A DNA stretch of 64,000 nt. Source: Cyanophyceae cyanobacterium (lineage in GTDB: Bacteria; Cyanobacteriota; Cyanobacteriia; Cyanobacteriales; Laspinemataceae). The notes under the pieces were generated by a model. That model worked only from the letters and a program-made list of their open reading frames with translations. It made no database searches and was not told the DNA's origin. Below are positions 33,449 through 41,629 of the stretch, piece after piece (positions within the stretch are counted from its first letter, which is position 1; every line of letters begins with the position of its first letter). The translations under genes and the position numbers were made by a program. The stretch lies in the NCBI GenBank assembly GCA_038321985.1, contig JBBQFN010000013.1, forward strand, positions 64,001 through 128,000, in the 5' to 3' direction.

Positions 33449-33493
33449 GATTACATTTTGTACGGATTTGTGCCAATCCGAGATTCCCCTGTT

Positions 33494-35068
33494 GTGATTG
33501 AACTAGAAGTCCACCAACAACTCCGAGCATTCCTGCGATCGCAGGGTGAACCTTACTGGCCGCATCATTTGACGATGGCGCGGTTAGTGGCCCGTGCCTT
33601 TCGAGTCGGTCGCAGCGCCCTGATTCAGACCGGCATCCCCTCCGTAGGCGCTCATGGAGGACATCGACTCAGTTACCTAACCCCTGTACTCATCTGGCCC
33701 GGTCCCGCTATCCTAGTGGCACCGGAACCGATTCAACAACGGTTACTGTTGGTGGAAATCCCTCAGATGCAGCAGTGGATTGAGACAAATAAGACGATTC
33801 GCATGGTCACCGATGGAGCCTCGGGGGGCTGGCGTTGGCCCGGTGCGGATTTTCAAGGAGTGCTGATTATTTCCCCAAAATTATGGCTGGAAGATGTCCT
33901 GGGCGATCGCAGCAAAATCCCCCGAGGAATTCCCACCATTATTGATGGTGCCGATGACCTAGAATCTTGGGCCAGTGAGCAACTTAGTATCACCCTACAA
34001 CCCTGGGACTGGACTCAACTGATGGTCTCTTGCCCTGATTGTGCTGCCATCATTCGCGATGCCAGGGTGCAGCTGACTCGGGCCTTGTTCCAACATCCGG
34101 CTAACCCCTACGGCTGTTCATTGCTGGAGTCTGAGGAACAAGAAATTTTAACAGGTCTCTACGAGAGCTTGCAACAGCGCAACGGTCCTCCCCCAGTCCC
34201 CTGCAATCCCGCACCTCTATTACCAGAACTGCCCGATCGCTGGATTCACTTTTGGCAGCAGTTCCACAGCAACAATTGCCTCCTGTGGGCCTCCATTGAT
34301 CGAAAATTGGGTCAATTTACCCTCTGTGCAACCCCAGTAGAGGTAGCCTCGGCCCTAGGGCCCGTGTGGGACCAACAGCCCGTCGTCTTGATTGGGGGGG
34401 CATTAGATTTAGAAACCTCAGCGCCCATCTATCGCCAGCAATTGGGATTAGGAGATGTCACAACTCTCAAGTTCTCCCCCGATCGCCAGAATGAGATGAT
34501 TCAACTGTATTTACCCGAGGGGATTCCCATGCCGAATACCCCGCAGTTTGAATCGGCATTATTAGAACAACTTAGAACCCTACTTTGTATCGCTGCCACC
34601 ACTGCCGGACCGATTGTTATCCTCGTCGGAGATGTCCCCCTTAAACCCCGTCTAGGTTCAATTCTGGCCGGTGAATTTGGGTCTCGGGTCCAGGTAGAAA
34701 ATATTCAAGTGAATGAACAGAGTATTTTAATTACGGGTTGGGAGTTTTGGCGAGAACATCAAGGCACGTTACCCCCTCCAAAGTTACTGGCGATCGCCAC
34801 CTTGCCGATTCCCTCCCTGGAACATCCGTTAGTTGCGGGGCGCGTTGCTCACTACAAGCGCGAACGCCAAGACTGGTTTAGATTGTATCTGTTACCGACA
34901 GCCCTGGGAGAATTGCAACGGGCGATCGCGCCCGTTCGTCAACGGCAAGGGGTTGTCGCCCTCCTCGATAGTCGCGTCCTCTACCGCAGCTATGGAACTC
35001 AATTTTTATCCGCCCTCAGTCCCCTCGCTCGAATTGACTATTTAGATGCCACTTCCTTTGTGAATTAG
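33494..35068 (+). CDS. DinG/XPD-related helicase-like protein with degenerate Walker motifs
   Basis: Helicase C-terminal features (LPIPSLEHPLV, VALLDSRV..RSYG). Walker A region LIQTGIPS and Walker B region IIDGADD are non-canonical. Confidence 0.8.
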   Translation: MIELEVHQQLRAFLRSQGEPYWPHHLTMARLVARAFRVGRSALIQTGIPSVGAHGGHRLSYLTPVLIWPGPAILVAPEPIQQRLLLVEIPQMQQWIETNKTIRMVTDGASGGWRWPGADFQGVLIISPKLWLEDVLGDRSKIPRGIPTIIDGADDLESWASEQLSITLQPWDWTQLMVSCPDCAAIIRDARVQLTRALFQHPANPYGCSLLESEEQEILTGLYESLQQRNGPPPVPCNPAPLLPELPDRWIHFWQQFHSNNCLLWASIDRKLGQFTLCATPVEVASALGPVWDQQPVVLIGGALDLETSAPIYRQQLGLGDVTTLKFSPDRQNEMIQLYLPEGIPMPNTPQFESALLEQLRTLLCIAATTAGPIVILVGDVPLKPRLGSILAGEFGSRVQVENIQVNEQSILITGWEFWREHQGTLPPPKLLAIATLPIPSLEHPLVAGRVAHYKRERQDWFRLYLLPTALGELQRAIAPVRQRQGVVALLDSRVLYRSYGTQFLSALSPLARIDYLDATSFVN

Positions 35069-35198
35069 GGTCATTATAAAATCTCTAATTTTTAAATGAA
35101 ACTTACTCTATAATTGTCTTTTTGTCAAGTACAATTTACACCAAATTAGATGAGCTTACCCTGCAAACCCCACGAAAATAAAAGAACAAAAATAAAAG

Positions 35199-35528
35199 AT
35201 GGTTTTCTTACCCAAAGACTCCATTATTAACTCATCAAAACTCACTGAATATTTACTCGTCCAACTTCCTAAAGATGATAAATCTAAATTCTTAGCACAG
35301 GCAGGATATACATTAGAGAACTGGCAACAACTAGAACAAGATTTAAGAACCCCAGTATTGACTCAGCCTGCTGAACCCATCGAAACCACCCCCTATGGTC
35401 AAAAATATATGATTCAGGCAACATTGCGAGGTCAAAATGGTATTGAACTGAGAACCTTAACAATATGGATGGTCAATAATAAGGGAACCCAATTTGTAAC
35501 CCTAGTCCCCGACAAAGGAGAAAATTAA
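35199..35528 (+). CDS. DUF6883-like putative toxin/nuclease
   Basis: KLTEYLL...DKSKFL..AGY...YG.KY...G.NG....TIW....FVTLVP pattern. Confidence 0.7.
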   Translation: MVFLPKDSIINSSKLTEYLLVQLPKDDKSKFLAQAGYTLENWQQLEQDLRTPVLTQPAEPIETTPYGQKYMIQATLRGQNGIELRTLTIWMVNNKGTQFVTLVPDKGEN

Positions 35529-35851
35529 TGAAACCTCAACATCCTCTATTTTCTCAAGTTGCCCTCGCTGAAGACTTGCCCCAATATTACCTAAAACGGG
35601 GCGATACTGCCACCATTGTCGAACATTATCCCATGCCAGAACCCCAAGAAGATGGTTATAGTTTAGAGGAGTTTGATGTTCCTCAAATTACCCTTGAAGT
35701 GACTGCCTCCCAGATTATGCCCCTGAGTGACTATTTAAGAGAAGAAGCAATTTTAAGTAAATTTCGGAGCCTCTCTGAAAACCGACAAAAACAACTGGAA
35801 GAATACCTGGATTTGCTTTTACAAAAAGAACAAACAATCCCGGTGAATTAA
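35528..35851 (+). CDS. DUF4926-like partner protein (putative antitoxin)
   Basis: VALAEDLP...LKRGD.ATIVE.Y......GYSLE; TAATG translational coupling to the upstream gene. Confidence 0.7.
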   Translation: MKPQHPLFSQVALAEDLPQYYLKRGDTATIVEHYPMPEPQEDGYSLEEFDVPQITLEVTASQIMPLSDYLREEAILSKFRSLSENRQKQLEEYLDLLLQKEQTIPVN

Positions 35852-35880
35852 GAAATTGAGGTTTTAGCGCCTGTGGCTTT

Positions 35881-36048
35881 CAACAGTATAAAAAGAGTCA
35901 ATATCCTCAAGCCTGGGAACCTTTGCCGCAGTCCCTCGCCTTGTATTAAAAAATCAGGGATAAGGCTCGTATGGCAACCTATTGGGGACAGTTAGGCTCT
36001 ATCCAGCGCTATCGGGGCAACTGGGATGAAGCCGAAGGTTATATTTGA
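35881..36048 (+). pseudogene. TPR-protein remnant
   Basis: Translates QQYKKSQYPQAWEPLPQSLALY*KIRDKARMATYWGQLGSIQRYRGNWDEAEGYI*, resembling cyanobacterial TPR units (GD..GMAT.WGQLG.I...RGNWDEAE). Internal TAA at 35947. Confidence 0.7.
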
Positions 36049-36069
36049 AATCTTGATGAGCAAAAGCTG

Positions 36070-37206
36070 ATGAACCCTAAACCTAGTGCGATCGCCTCCT
36101 TTATGATCACCCCGCTTTACCTATTGGGCAGTTTATTGTTACCCGGTTGTTTCGCCATGCTCCAAGGGTCATCGGGGGGTGAAGTGGGCGAGTCATCAGA
36201 GCTTGCCTTTGGGGCTAAACGCACCGCTGAAATCGATCGCCTCGTTGCAGATAGTCTCTGGGAAAATGGGCCCGGTGTGGCGGTGCTGATTCTTGATCAG
36301 GGGGCAATATGGCAAAAGGGCTATGGTTTCAGCGATGTGGCGGTGCAACGCCGGATTACGCCGGATACGGTGTTTGATTTGGCTTCGGTATCCAAGCAAA
36401 TGACAGCGATGGGGATTTTAATCCTCATGGAGGCGGGAGAATTGGAACTAGAGGATGCAGTCATCGAGCATCTGCCGGATTTTGCCGATCCGAACCCCGA
36501 TGACCCGATTTTAATTGCTGATTTGCTCTATCACACCTCGGGTTTAGCGGACTATACAGGTGATGCTTGGCAGGGGACAGATGAGGCTTTTGCCCGTTTA
36601 ACGGTTGAGGATCATTTGCAATGGTTGAATGAGCAGGATATTGAGGGCGATCGCCGCATTGAATTTGAGTACAACAATAGTGGTTATGCTCTGTTAGCCT
36701 TAATCATTCAGCGGGTTTCGGGGCAATCTTTTGGGGACTTTATGGCAGAGCAGATTTTTAAGCCCTTGGGGATGAAGAATACCGTGGTGTTTGCGGATTT
36801 AGCACAACAGATCCCCAATCGGGCTGAGGGCTATGCGGTTTCCCCTGAAGGGAAGGTTAAACCCTCTGCGTTGCCTTCGGTGATTGTGGGGGATGGCAAT
36901 ATTTTTAGTTCCATCGCTGATTTAGCCCGTTATGATCAGGGGTTACGCAATGGCGATTTGGTGGAACCGGCAACCTTACAATTAGCTTTCACATCGGGGA
37001 CTTTGGATAATGGCGAATCTTTTGCCTATGGTTTAGGGTGGACAGTGGATTGGGACTATGTGGAGCATAGTGGGAGTTGGTACGGCACAAGCACTTTTTA
37101 TCGCCATTATACAGAGAAGCCGGTGACGATCATAGTGTTGTCCAATGATGAAAATTATCCGGTGGATGAGTTGGTGGATAATCTGGCGAAGTTGCTGTTT
37201 AACTAA
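36070..37206 (+). CDS. Serine hydrolase, beta-lactamase class C/PBP-like family
   Basis: FDLASVSK (SxxK), LLYHTSGL, FEYNNSGY (YxN), YGLGW, HSGSWYG; possible lipobox LPGC. Confidence 0.9.
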   Translation: MNPKPSAIASFMITPLYLLGSLLLPGCFAMLQGSSGGEVGESSELAFGAKRTAEIDRLVADSLWENGPGVAVLILDQGAIWQKGYGFSDVAVQRRITPDTVFDLASVSKQMTAMGILILMEAGELELEDAVIEHLPDFADPNPDDPILIADLLYHTSGLADYTGDAWQGTDEAFARLTVEDHLQWLNEQDIEGDRRIEFEYNNSGYALLALIIQRVSGQSFGDFMAEQIFKPLGMKNTVVFADLAQQIPNRAEGYAVSPEGKVKPSALPSVIVGDGNIFSSIADLARYDQGLRNGDLVEPATLQLAFTSGTLDNGESFAYGLGWTVDWDYVEHSGSWYGTSTFYRHYTEKPVTIIVLSNDENYPVDELVDNLAKLLFN

Positions 37207-37265
37207 GATTAGGGTTGCCGTCTATCAGCCAAATGTAGATGGGTGTATCTAATAAAATTTTTCAC
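37203..37265 (-). pseudogene. VapC/PIN toxin N-terminal fragment
   Basis: Directly after the antitoxin stop: KILLDTPIYIWLIDGNPNLS. The overlapping GTG is one base out of frame and similarity ends at the serine hydrolase stop. Confidence 0.7.
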
Positions 37266-37486
37266 ATATACTCACCAAAATCATTAAGAGGTGCGTTAAA
37301 GTCTTCTGCCCTCTTGATATTTCCTTGCATACAACCAAATAAATTTTTACGGATGGTTTTTTTGTCTACAACTAGGTTCGGCTGTTGTTACCAACGGCTA
37401 ATTAAGTAAAAGACGAGTTGCAACTGCTCTTTGCGATCGAGTTGGGTGACTTCTGCTAAGACTTTTTCTAGGAGGGGACTCATCAT
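37262..37486 (-). pseudogene. DUF2281-type antitoxin with premature stop
   Basis: MMSPLLEKVLAEVTQLDRKEQLQLVFYLISRW*QQPN...NLFGCMQGNIKRAEDFNAPLNDFGEYM*. TAA at codon 33 (37388-37390); GAGGT RBS. Confidence 0.8.
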
Positions 37487-37585
37487 TTACCTCAACTTTG
37501 GGATTTCTTTGATGGTAATACTTTGGGAGGGTCAGGGGGAAAAAGAGGGGATGAACGCAACCGGCTTTATGGGATGTGTGGGACA

Positions 37586-37650
37586 AGAAACCGGGTTTCT
37601 GACAGCATCTCTATTCCCTCACCAAGATTTAAGAAAGAAACACGGTTTCT
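37586..37650. repeat. Pair of AGAAAC-N3-GTTTCT palindromes
   Basis: AGAAACCGGGTTTCT at 37586-37600 and AGAAACACGGTTTCT at 37636-37650; a related palindrome at 33186-33202. Confidence 0.65.
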
Positions 37651-37704
37651 CAGTCGCGCAGATGGGGTAAAATCAGGGTGCTATCCCCTAACCGGTGTGT
37701 GGCG

Positions 37705-37821
37705 ATGGATGAACAACCCGTGCAGGCTTATCTCTCTCTGATTCAAGAACTCCTCGGCTGTCCGGGTGGGGAGGGTCAGGCGGCGATCGCGAGAGTGATT
37801 AATAAATGTATTTTGAAATGA
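37705..37821 (+). pseudogene. 5' stub of a cyanobacterial TPR/CHAT-type gene
   Basis: MDEQPVQAYLSLIQELLGCPGGE resembles the M.EQR.QAY..LIQ.LL.CP.GE leader I recognise from such proteins. Similarity ends just before a HIP1 site (37783-37790). Confidence 0.65.
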
Positions 37822-37835
37822 TGAGGTGATGATAG

Positions 37836-38096
37836 ATGCAAGCGATTAATATCCAAATTCCCATCGAATTAATTGAGCAAGGGGAGACGGCAGTTTTAGA
37901 AAAAATTGCCATGCAGCTTTATGAAAACCAGATATTTACCCTTAGTCAAGCCCGTCGATTGGTGAATTATTCGGTGTGGGAATTCCAAAAACTTTTGGGA
38001 GAAAATCACATCGTTCGGCAATACGACCAAAATGATTTAGCAGAGGATATCGAAGGGATTAAATTAGGATTGTGGGATAGTGAAAATCATTTGTAA
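37836..38096 (+). CDS. UPF0175-family antitoxin
   Basis: IAMQLY....TLSQARRL....WEF..LL......Y...DLAEDI. GAGGTG RBS. Confidence 0.8.
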   Translation: MQAINIQIPIELIEQGETAVLEKIAMQLYENQIFTLSQARRLVNYSVWEFQKLLGENHIVRQYDQNDLAEDIEGIKLGLWDSENHL

Positions 38097-38187
38097 TGCT
38101 ACACCTTTGATTAACTTTGCCAGCATTAGTCGCTTAGATATCTTGAAATCCCTCTTTACGGAGATAGTCATTCCCCAAGCAGGGTAA
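38080..38187 (+). pseudogene. DUF3368 (PIN-like) toxin truncated by ISAs1
   Basis: GTG start gives MKIICNATPLINFASISRLDILKSLFTEIVIPQAG*, cut at the CAGGG IS end (38180). Confidence 0.8.
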
Positions 38188-38800
38188 GCTCATCTAATTT
38201 GGTATAAATTGTACTTGACAAAAAGACAATTATACAGTTTGTGTCATTTAAGGAGGGACAATTCTATAATGTCTAAAGTAAGTCGGCAAGGTAGGTAAAA
38301 CTCTATGGAGAAAGGATTTGTACCAGTTCAGGCCCCCTCTAAATCAAAGTCAGGGCTTAACAAAAACCAACCGCTTTCTATGGAAAGGTTACAAGGGAGC
38401 TTGTCACATTATTTTGATGACGTACCGGATCCAAGGGTAAACCGAACCAAACGCCACTTAATCAAAGACATTATGGTAATTGCTTTGTTGTCTACAATAG
38501 CTGGAGGTAATGGATGGGAGGATATGGAAAATTATGGCATCAGTAAGCTGACTTGGTTAAAAGAATTTTTAGAGTTACCGAATGGGATTCCCAGCGATGA
38601 TACCTTTAGAAGGGTCTTTGAAAAATTGGACCCCCAAATTTTAGAACAAAAATTGAGCTTATGGGTTCAGCACTTAATTGGGCCAGTTATCCAACAAGTT
38701 ATTCCCATTGATGGAAAAACACTTAGAGGGTCTTATGACCGAGAAAACGGGATAAAAAACTTACATTTAGTCACCGCTTGGGCCAGTGAGAATCGGTTGG
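38180..38800 (+). mobile_element. ISAs1-family element, left part only (transposase ORF 38305-38811, truncated)
   Basis: Begins CAGGG. Transposase motifs DPRV.RTKRH, LELPNGIPSDDTFRRVF, IPIDGKTLRGS, LHLVTAW; ends at the IS630 boundary. Confidence 0.9.
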
Positions 38801-39986
38801 TAAGCTGTTAAGCATTTAAATTGGGATAACTGCGTTTCCCTTATTTTTTAATTTACGGGACCAGCGAATAATTAGCTCTCCTTCATTTAAGAGTTTATGT
38901 AATAAAACCTCTAAATCTTCAATAGAGGTAAATAATCGATGAGCAATATATTCTTTAGCTGAGTGCCAAACCAACTCTATCAAGTTGTAGTCCGGGCTAT
39001 ATTTCGGAAGAAACTCTAATTGGATGTTTGGCATATTTTCCCCAATTTTTTGGATAAACTCTGCCTTTTTATGAAAACTGGCATTATCAAGAAGAATAAT
39101 AATTCGGGGTCCGTTTACTGAAAAATCATGGGCAGATTTTCCCGGCTCACCCCATTCTTGGATTAGCTCTTGATAAAAAACTTGTAAAACGTTATAAAAA
39201 CTTTCCGAATTGCTGGTTTTCAAAAACTCCACAAATCTTTTTTTGTCAGAATACCGGATTCCCCCCATGACATTGACCCGTCCATTTCTCCTATCACCCC
39301 TTAGCTGCTTTCGCTTTCCTTTTTTACACCAACTTTTTCTTCTTATTACTCTCAAACTAAATCCACTTTCGTCCCAAAACCATATCTGCAAAAGCTCGGG
39401 TGTTTCTTTTTCTATCTTTAAATACTCGGCTAATTTTTTTTTAAACTCTTTTCTCTCTTCCTCATTCCTCTTAGACTCTAAGCTATATTTTCCCCAAATG
39501 TAGACATACTTTTTTTAGCTAATATCCTTCTGACTTGAGAGCCACTCAGTTGAATTCCGGTTATTTCATGCAAATAAGTAGCTAATCTATGAGCCGTCCA
39601 TCGTCCAAATTCATATCCTAACTCACTCGGTTCTTTGGATAGGGTCTCCAATAAAAGGTTGACATACTCTTCAGTGGCCCTCTTGTTATTGCCTTCCATC
39701 CTCTTGTCTCTTAAACTTTCCAGATTATCGGGGTCTCCATGAATACACCAATGGCATACTGTATTGATTGAGCAGCCAATAAATTGAGCGATTTTCGCTT
39801 GAGTCTTTCCATCGTTCAGTAAGAGAAGCATTAAGAGCCTTTGTCGGATCTCCCCATTGGGTTCCTCTTTCAGGGCTTTTTGAAGTTTTTTGACTTGTTC
39901 AGGCGTTAAACAATTGGCAGCTGGCATGGGCTTGATTGTTATGGGGGGGTCTGACTATTATACTAATTTAAATGCTGAACAGCTTA
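38801..39986 (-). mobile_element. IS630-family insertion sequence, apparently complete (about 1.19 kb)
   Basis: Inverted ends TAAGCTGTTAAGCATTTAAAT (38801-38821) and ATTTAAATGCTGAACAGCTTA (39966-39986), one mismatch, TA at both ends. Confidence 0.92.
38816..39927 (-). CDS. IS630 transposase in two frames, joined by a probable -1 frameshift
   Basis: HTH ORF 39478-39927 and DDE ORF (WDESG, LDNASFH, SPDYNLIE..W). A7G tract at 39509-39516 on the minus strand; the -1 frame reads open KYVYIWGKYSLE...ELLQIWFWDE. Confidence 0.85.
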
Positions 39987-40836
39987 TCGCACTTTAAAAG
40001 ATAAAGTCATCGAACGGACCGCCCAACTCGCTGAGGCGAATGAAGAAATCAGCACCCTGAATGGACTGCTCAAATCCGACAACCTGCGGATGAGTGCCGA
40101 ACTGGATGTTACCCGTCAACTGCAACAAAAAATGTTGCCTCGACCTGAAGAATTGCAGGCGATTCCTGGCTTAGAAATTGCCGGATTTATGGAACCGGCA
40201 GATGAAATTGGGGGAGATTATTATGATGTGTTGAACCATGAGGGACATATCAAAATTGGGATTGGGGATGTCACGGGGCATGGATTAGAAGCGGGAATGG
40301 TGATGGTGATGGTGATGGTGCAAACCGCTGTGCGGACCTTACTGGTAAATGATGAAACCGATTATGTGAAATTTTTAAATACTATCAACCGGATGATTCA
40401 TGATAACGTAGCGCGGATGCAGACCGATAAGAACCTGAGTTTATCGTTACTGGATTATGCCGATGGTGTGTTGCGGATTAGTGGACAACATGAGGAGATT
40501 CTGATTGTCCGAGGTACGGGAAAAATTGAGCGACTGGATACGATTGATTTAGGATTTCCGGTGGGGTTAGAGTTGGATATTTCTGATTTTATTACCCAGG
40601 CGGAAGTGGCGTTAAATCCTGGGGATGGGGTGGTGCTTTATACCGATGGGATACCGGAGGCGGCAAATATGGCGGGAGATTTATATGGGATGGACCGATT
40701 CTGTGAGGTGGTGTCGCAGCATTGGCAGGAGTCGGCGGAGGAGATTCGGTCCGGGGTGATTCAGCATTTGCGGGAGTTTATTGGGGAACAGAAGGTGTTT
40801 GATGATATTACCTTGGTAGTGATGAAGCAGCGGTGA
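39985..40836 (+). pseudogene. SpoIIE/PP2C phosphatase gene lacking its 5' end (catalytic ORF 40090-40836 intact)
   Basis: The frame continues upstream to the IS end as YRTLKDKVIERTAQLAEANEEISTLNGLLKSDNLRM. Motifs GGDYYD, GDVTGHG, LYTDG, DDIT. Confidence 0.8.
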
Positions 40837-41017
40837 TGAGGGAGGAATAAATACTCCATCCTATTTTCGGGGGAGAGAGGTAAGGCCCCTACAGAGCGGT
40901 TGCCTCTGCATCCCCTGTCCTCTGGACTGGTTCATGAACTCTTCATTTCGTTCAGTCTTTACTAAACAGTCAAAACTTTGTTACAATTTTGAAGAGAACA
41001 ATTGATCTGGGGCAAGT

Positions 41018-41530
41018 ATGTCCAGGGTAGATAAAAAAGAGCAACAGTTTGAACTAAAGCGCTTTGTGGAAGAAGTGGGCCTGTTGTTTGAACTAAGCGG
41101 GATGCCAAGGATGGCGGGGCGAATTCTCGGCTGGCTGTTAATTGCAGACCCACCCCATCAGTCCTTGACTCAACTGGCGGAAGCGTTACAGGCTTCTAAA
41201 GGCTCCATTAGTACGATGTCTCGGTTCTTGATTCAAGCGGGAATTGTCGATCGCGTCAGTTTACCGGGCGATCGTCGAGATTATTTTTCTATCAAATTGG
41301 ATGCCTGGACGGAATTAATTCAACAAAAAACTGCCCAAATCAAAGCCATTCGGGAGATAGCCGAACGGGGATTAGAGTTACTGGATGGCAAACCGGCACA
41401 GCGTCGGCAAAGACTGGAGGAAATGCGAGATTTTCACGCCTTTTTTGAGGGAGAACTGCCCCGGTTGAGTCAACGCTGGGAAGCGGAACGACAGATCGAG
41501 TCCCCTCGGTCCAAATTTAAAAAGCCATAA
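41018..41530 (+). CDS. GbsR/MarR-family transcriptional regulator
   Basis: FVEEVGLLFE..GMPRMAGRILGWLL, SKGSIST, PGDRRDYF. Confidence 0.88.
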   Translation: MSRVDKKEQQFELKRFVEEVGLLFELSGMPRMAGRILGWLLIADPPHQSLTQLAEALQASKGSISTMSRFLIQAGIVDRVSLPGDRRDYFSIKLDAWTELIQQKTAQIKAIREIAERGLELLDGKPAQRRQRLEEMRDFHAFFEGELPRLSQRWEAERQIESPRSKFKKP

Positions 41531-41629
41531 CTGAGCGATCGCCTTCTCAACCCTCCGTCAATCTGTAGGTTTAAGTTTTAAAAAATCATTAATCCCGGCA
41601 CCTCTCCAGCGGGAAACAGGAGTACACCA

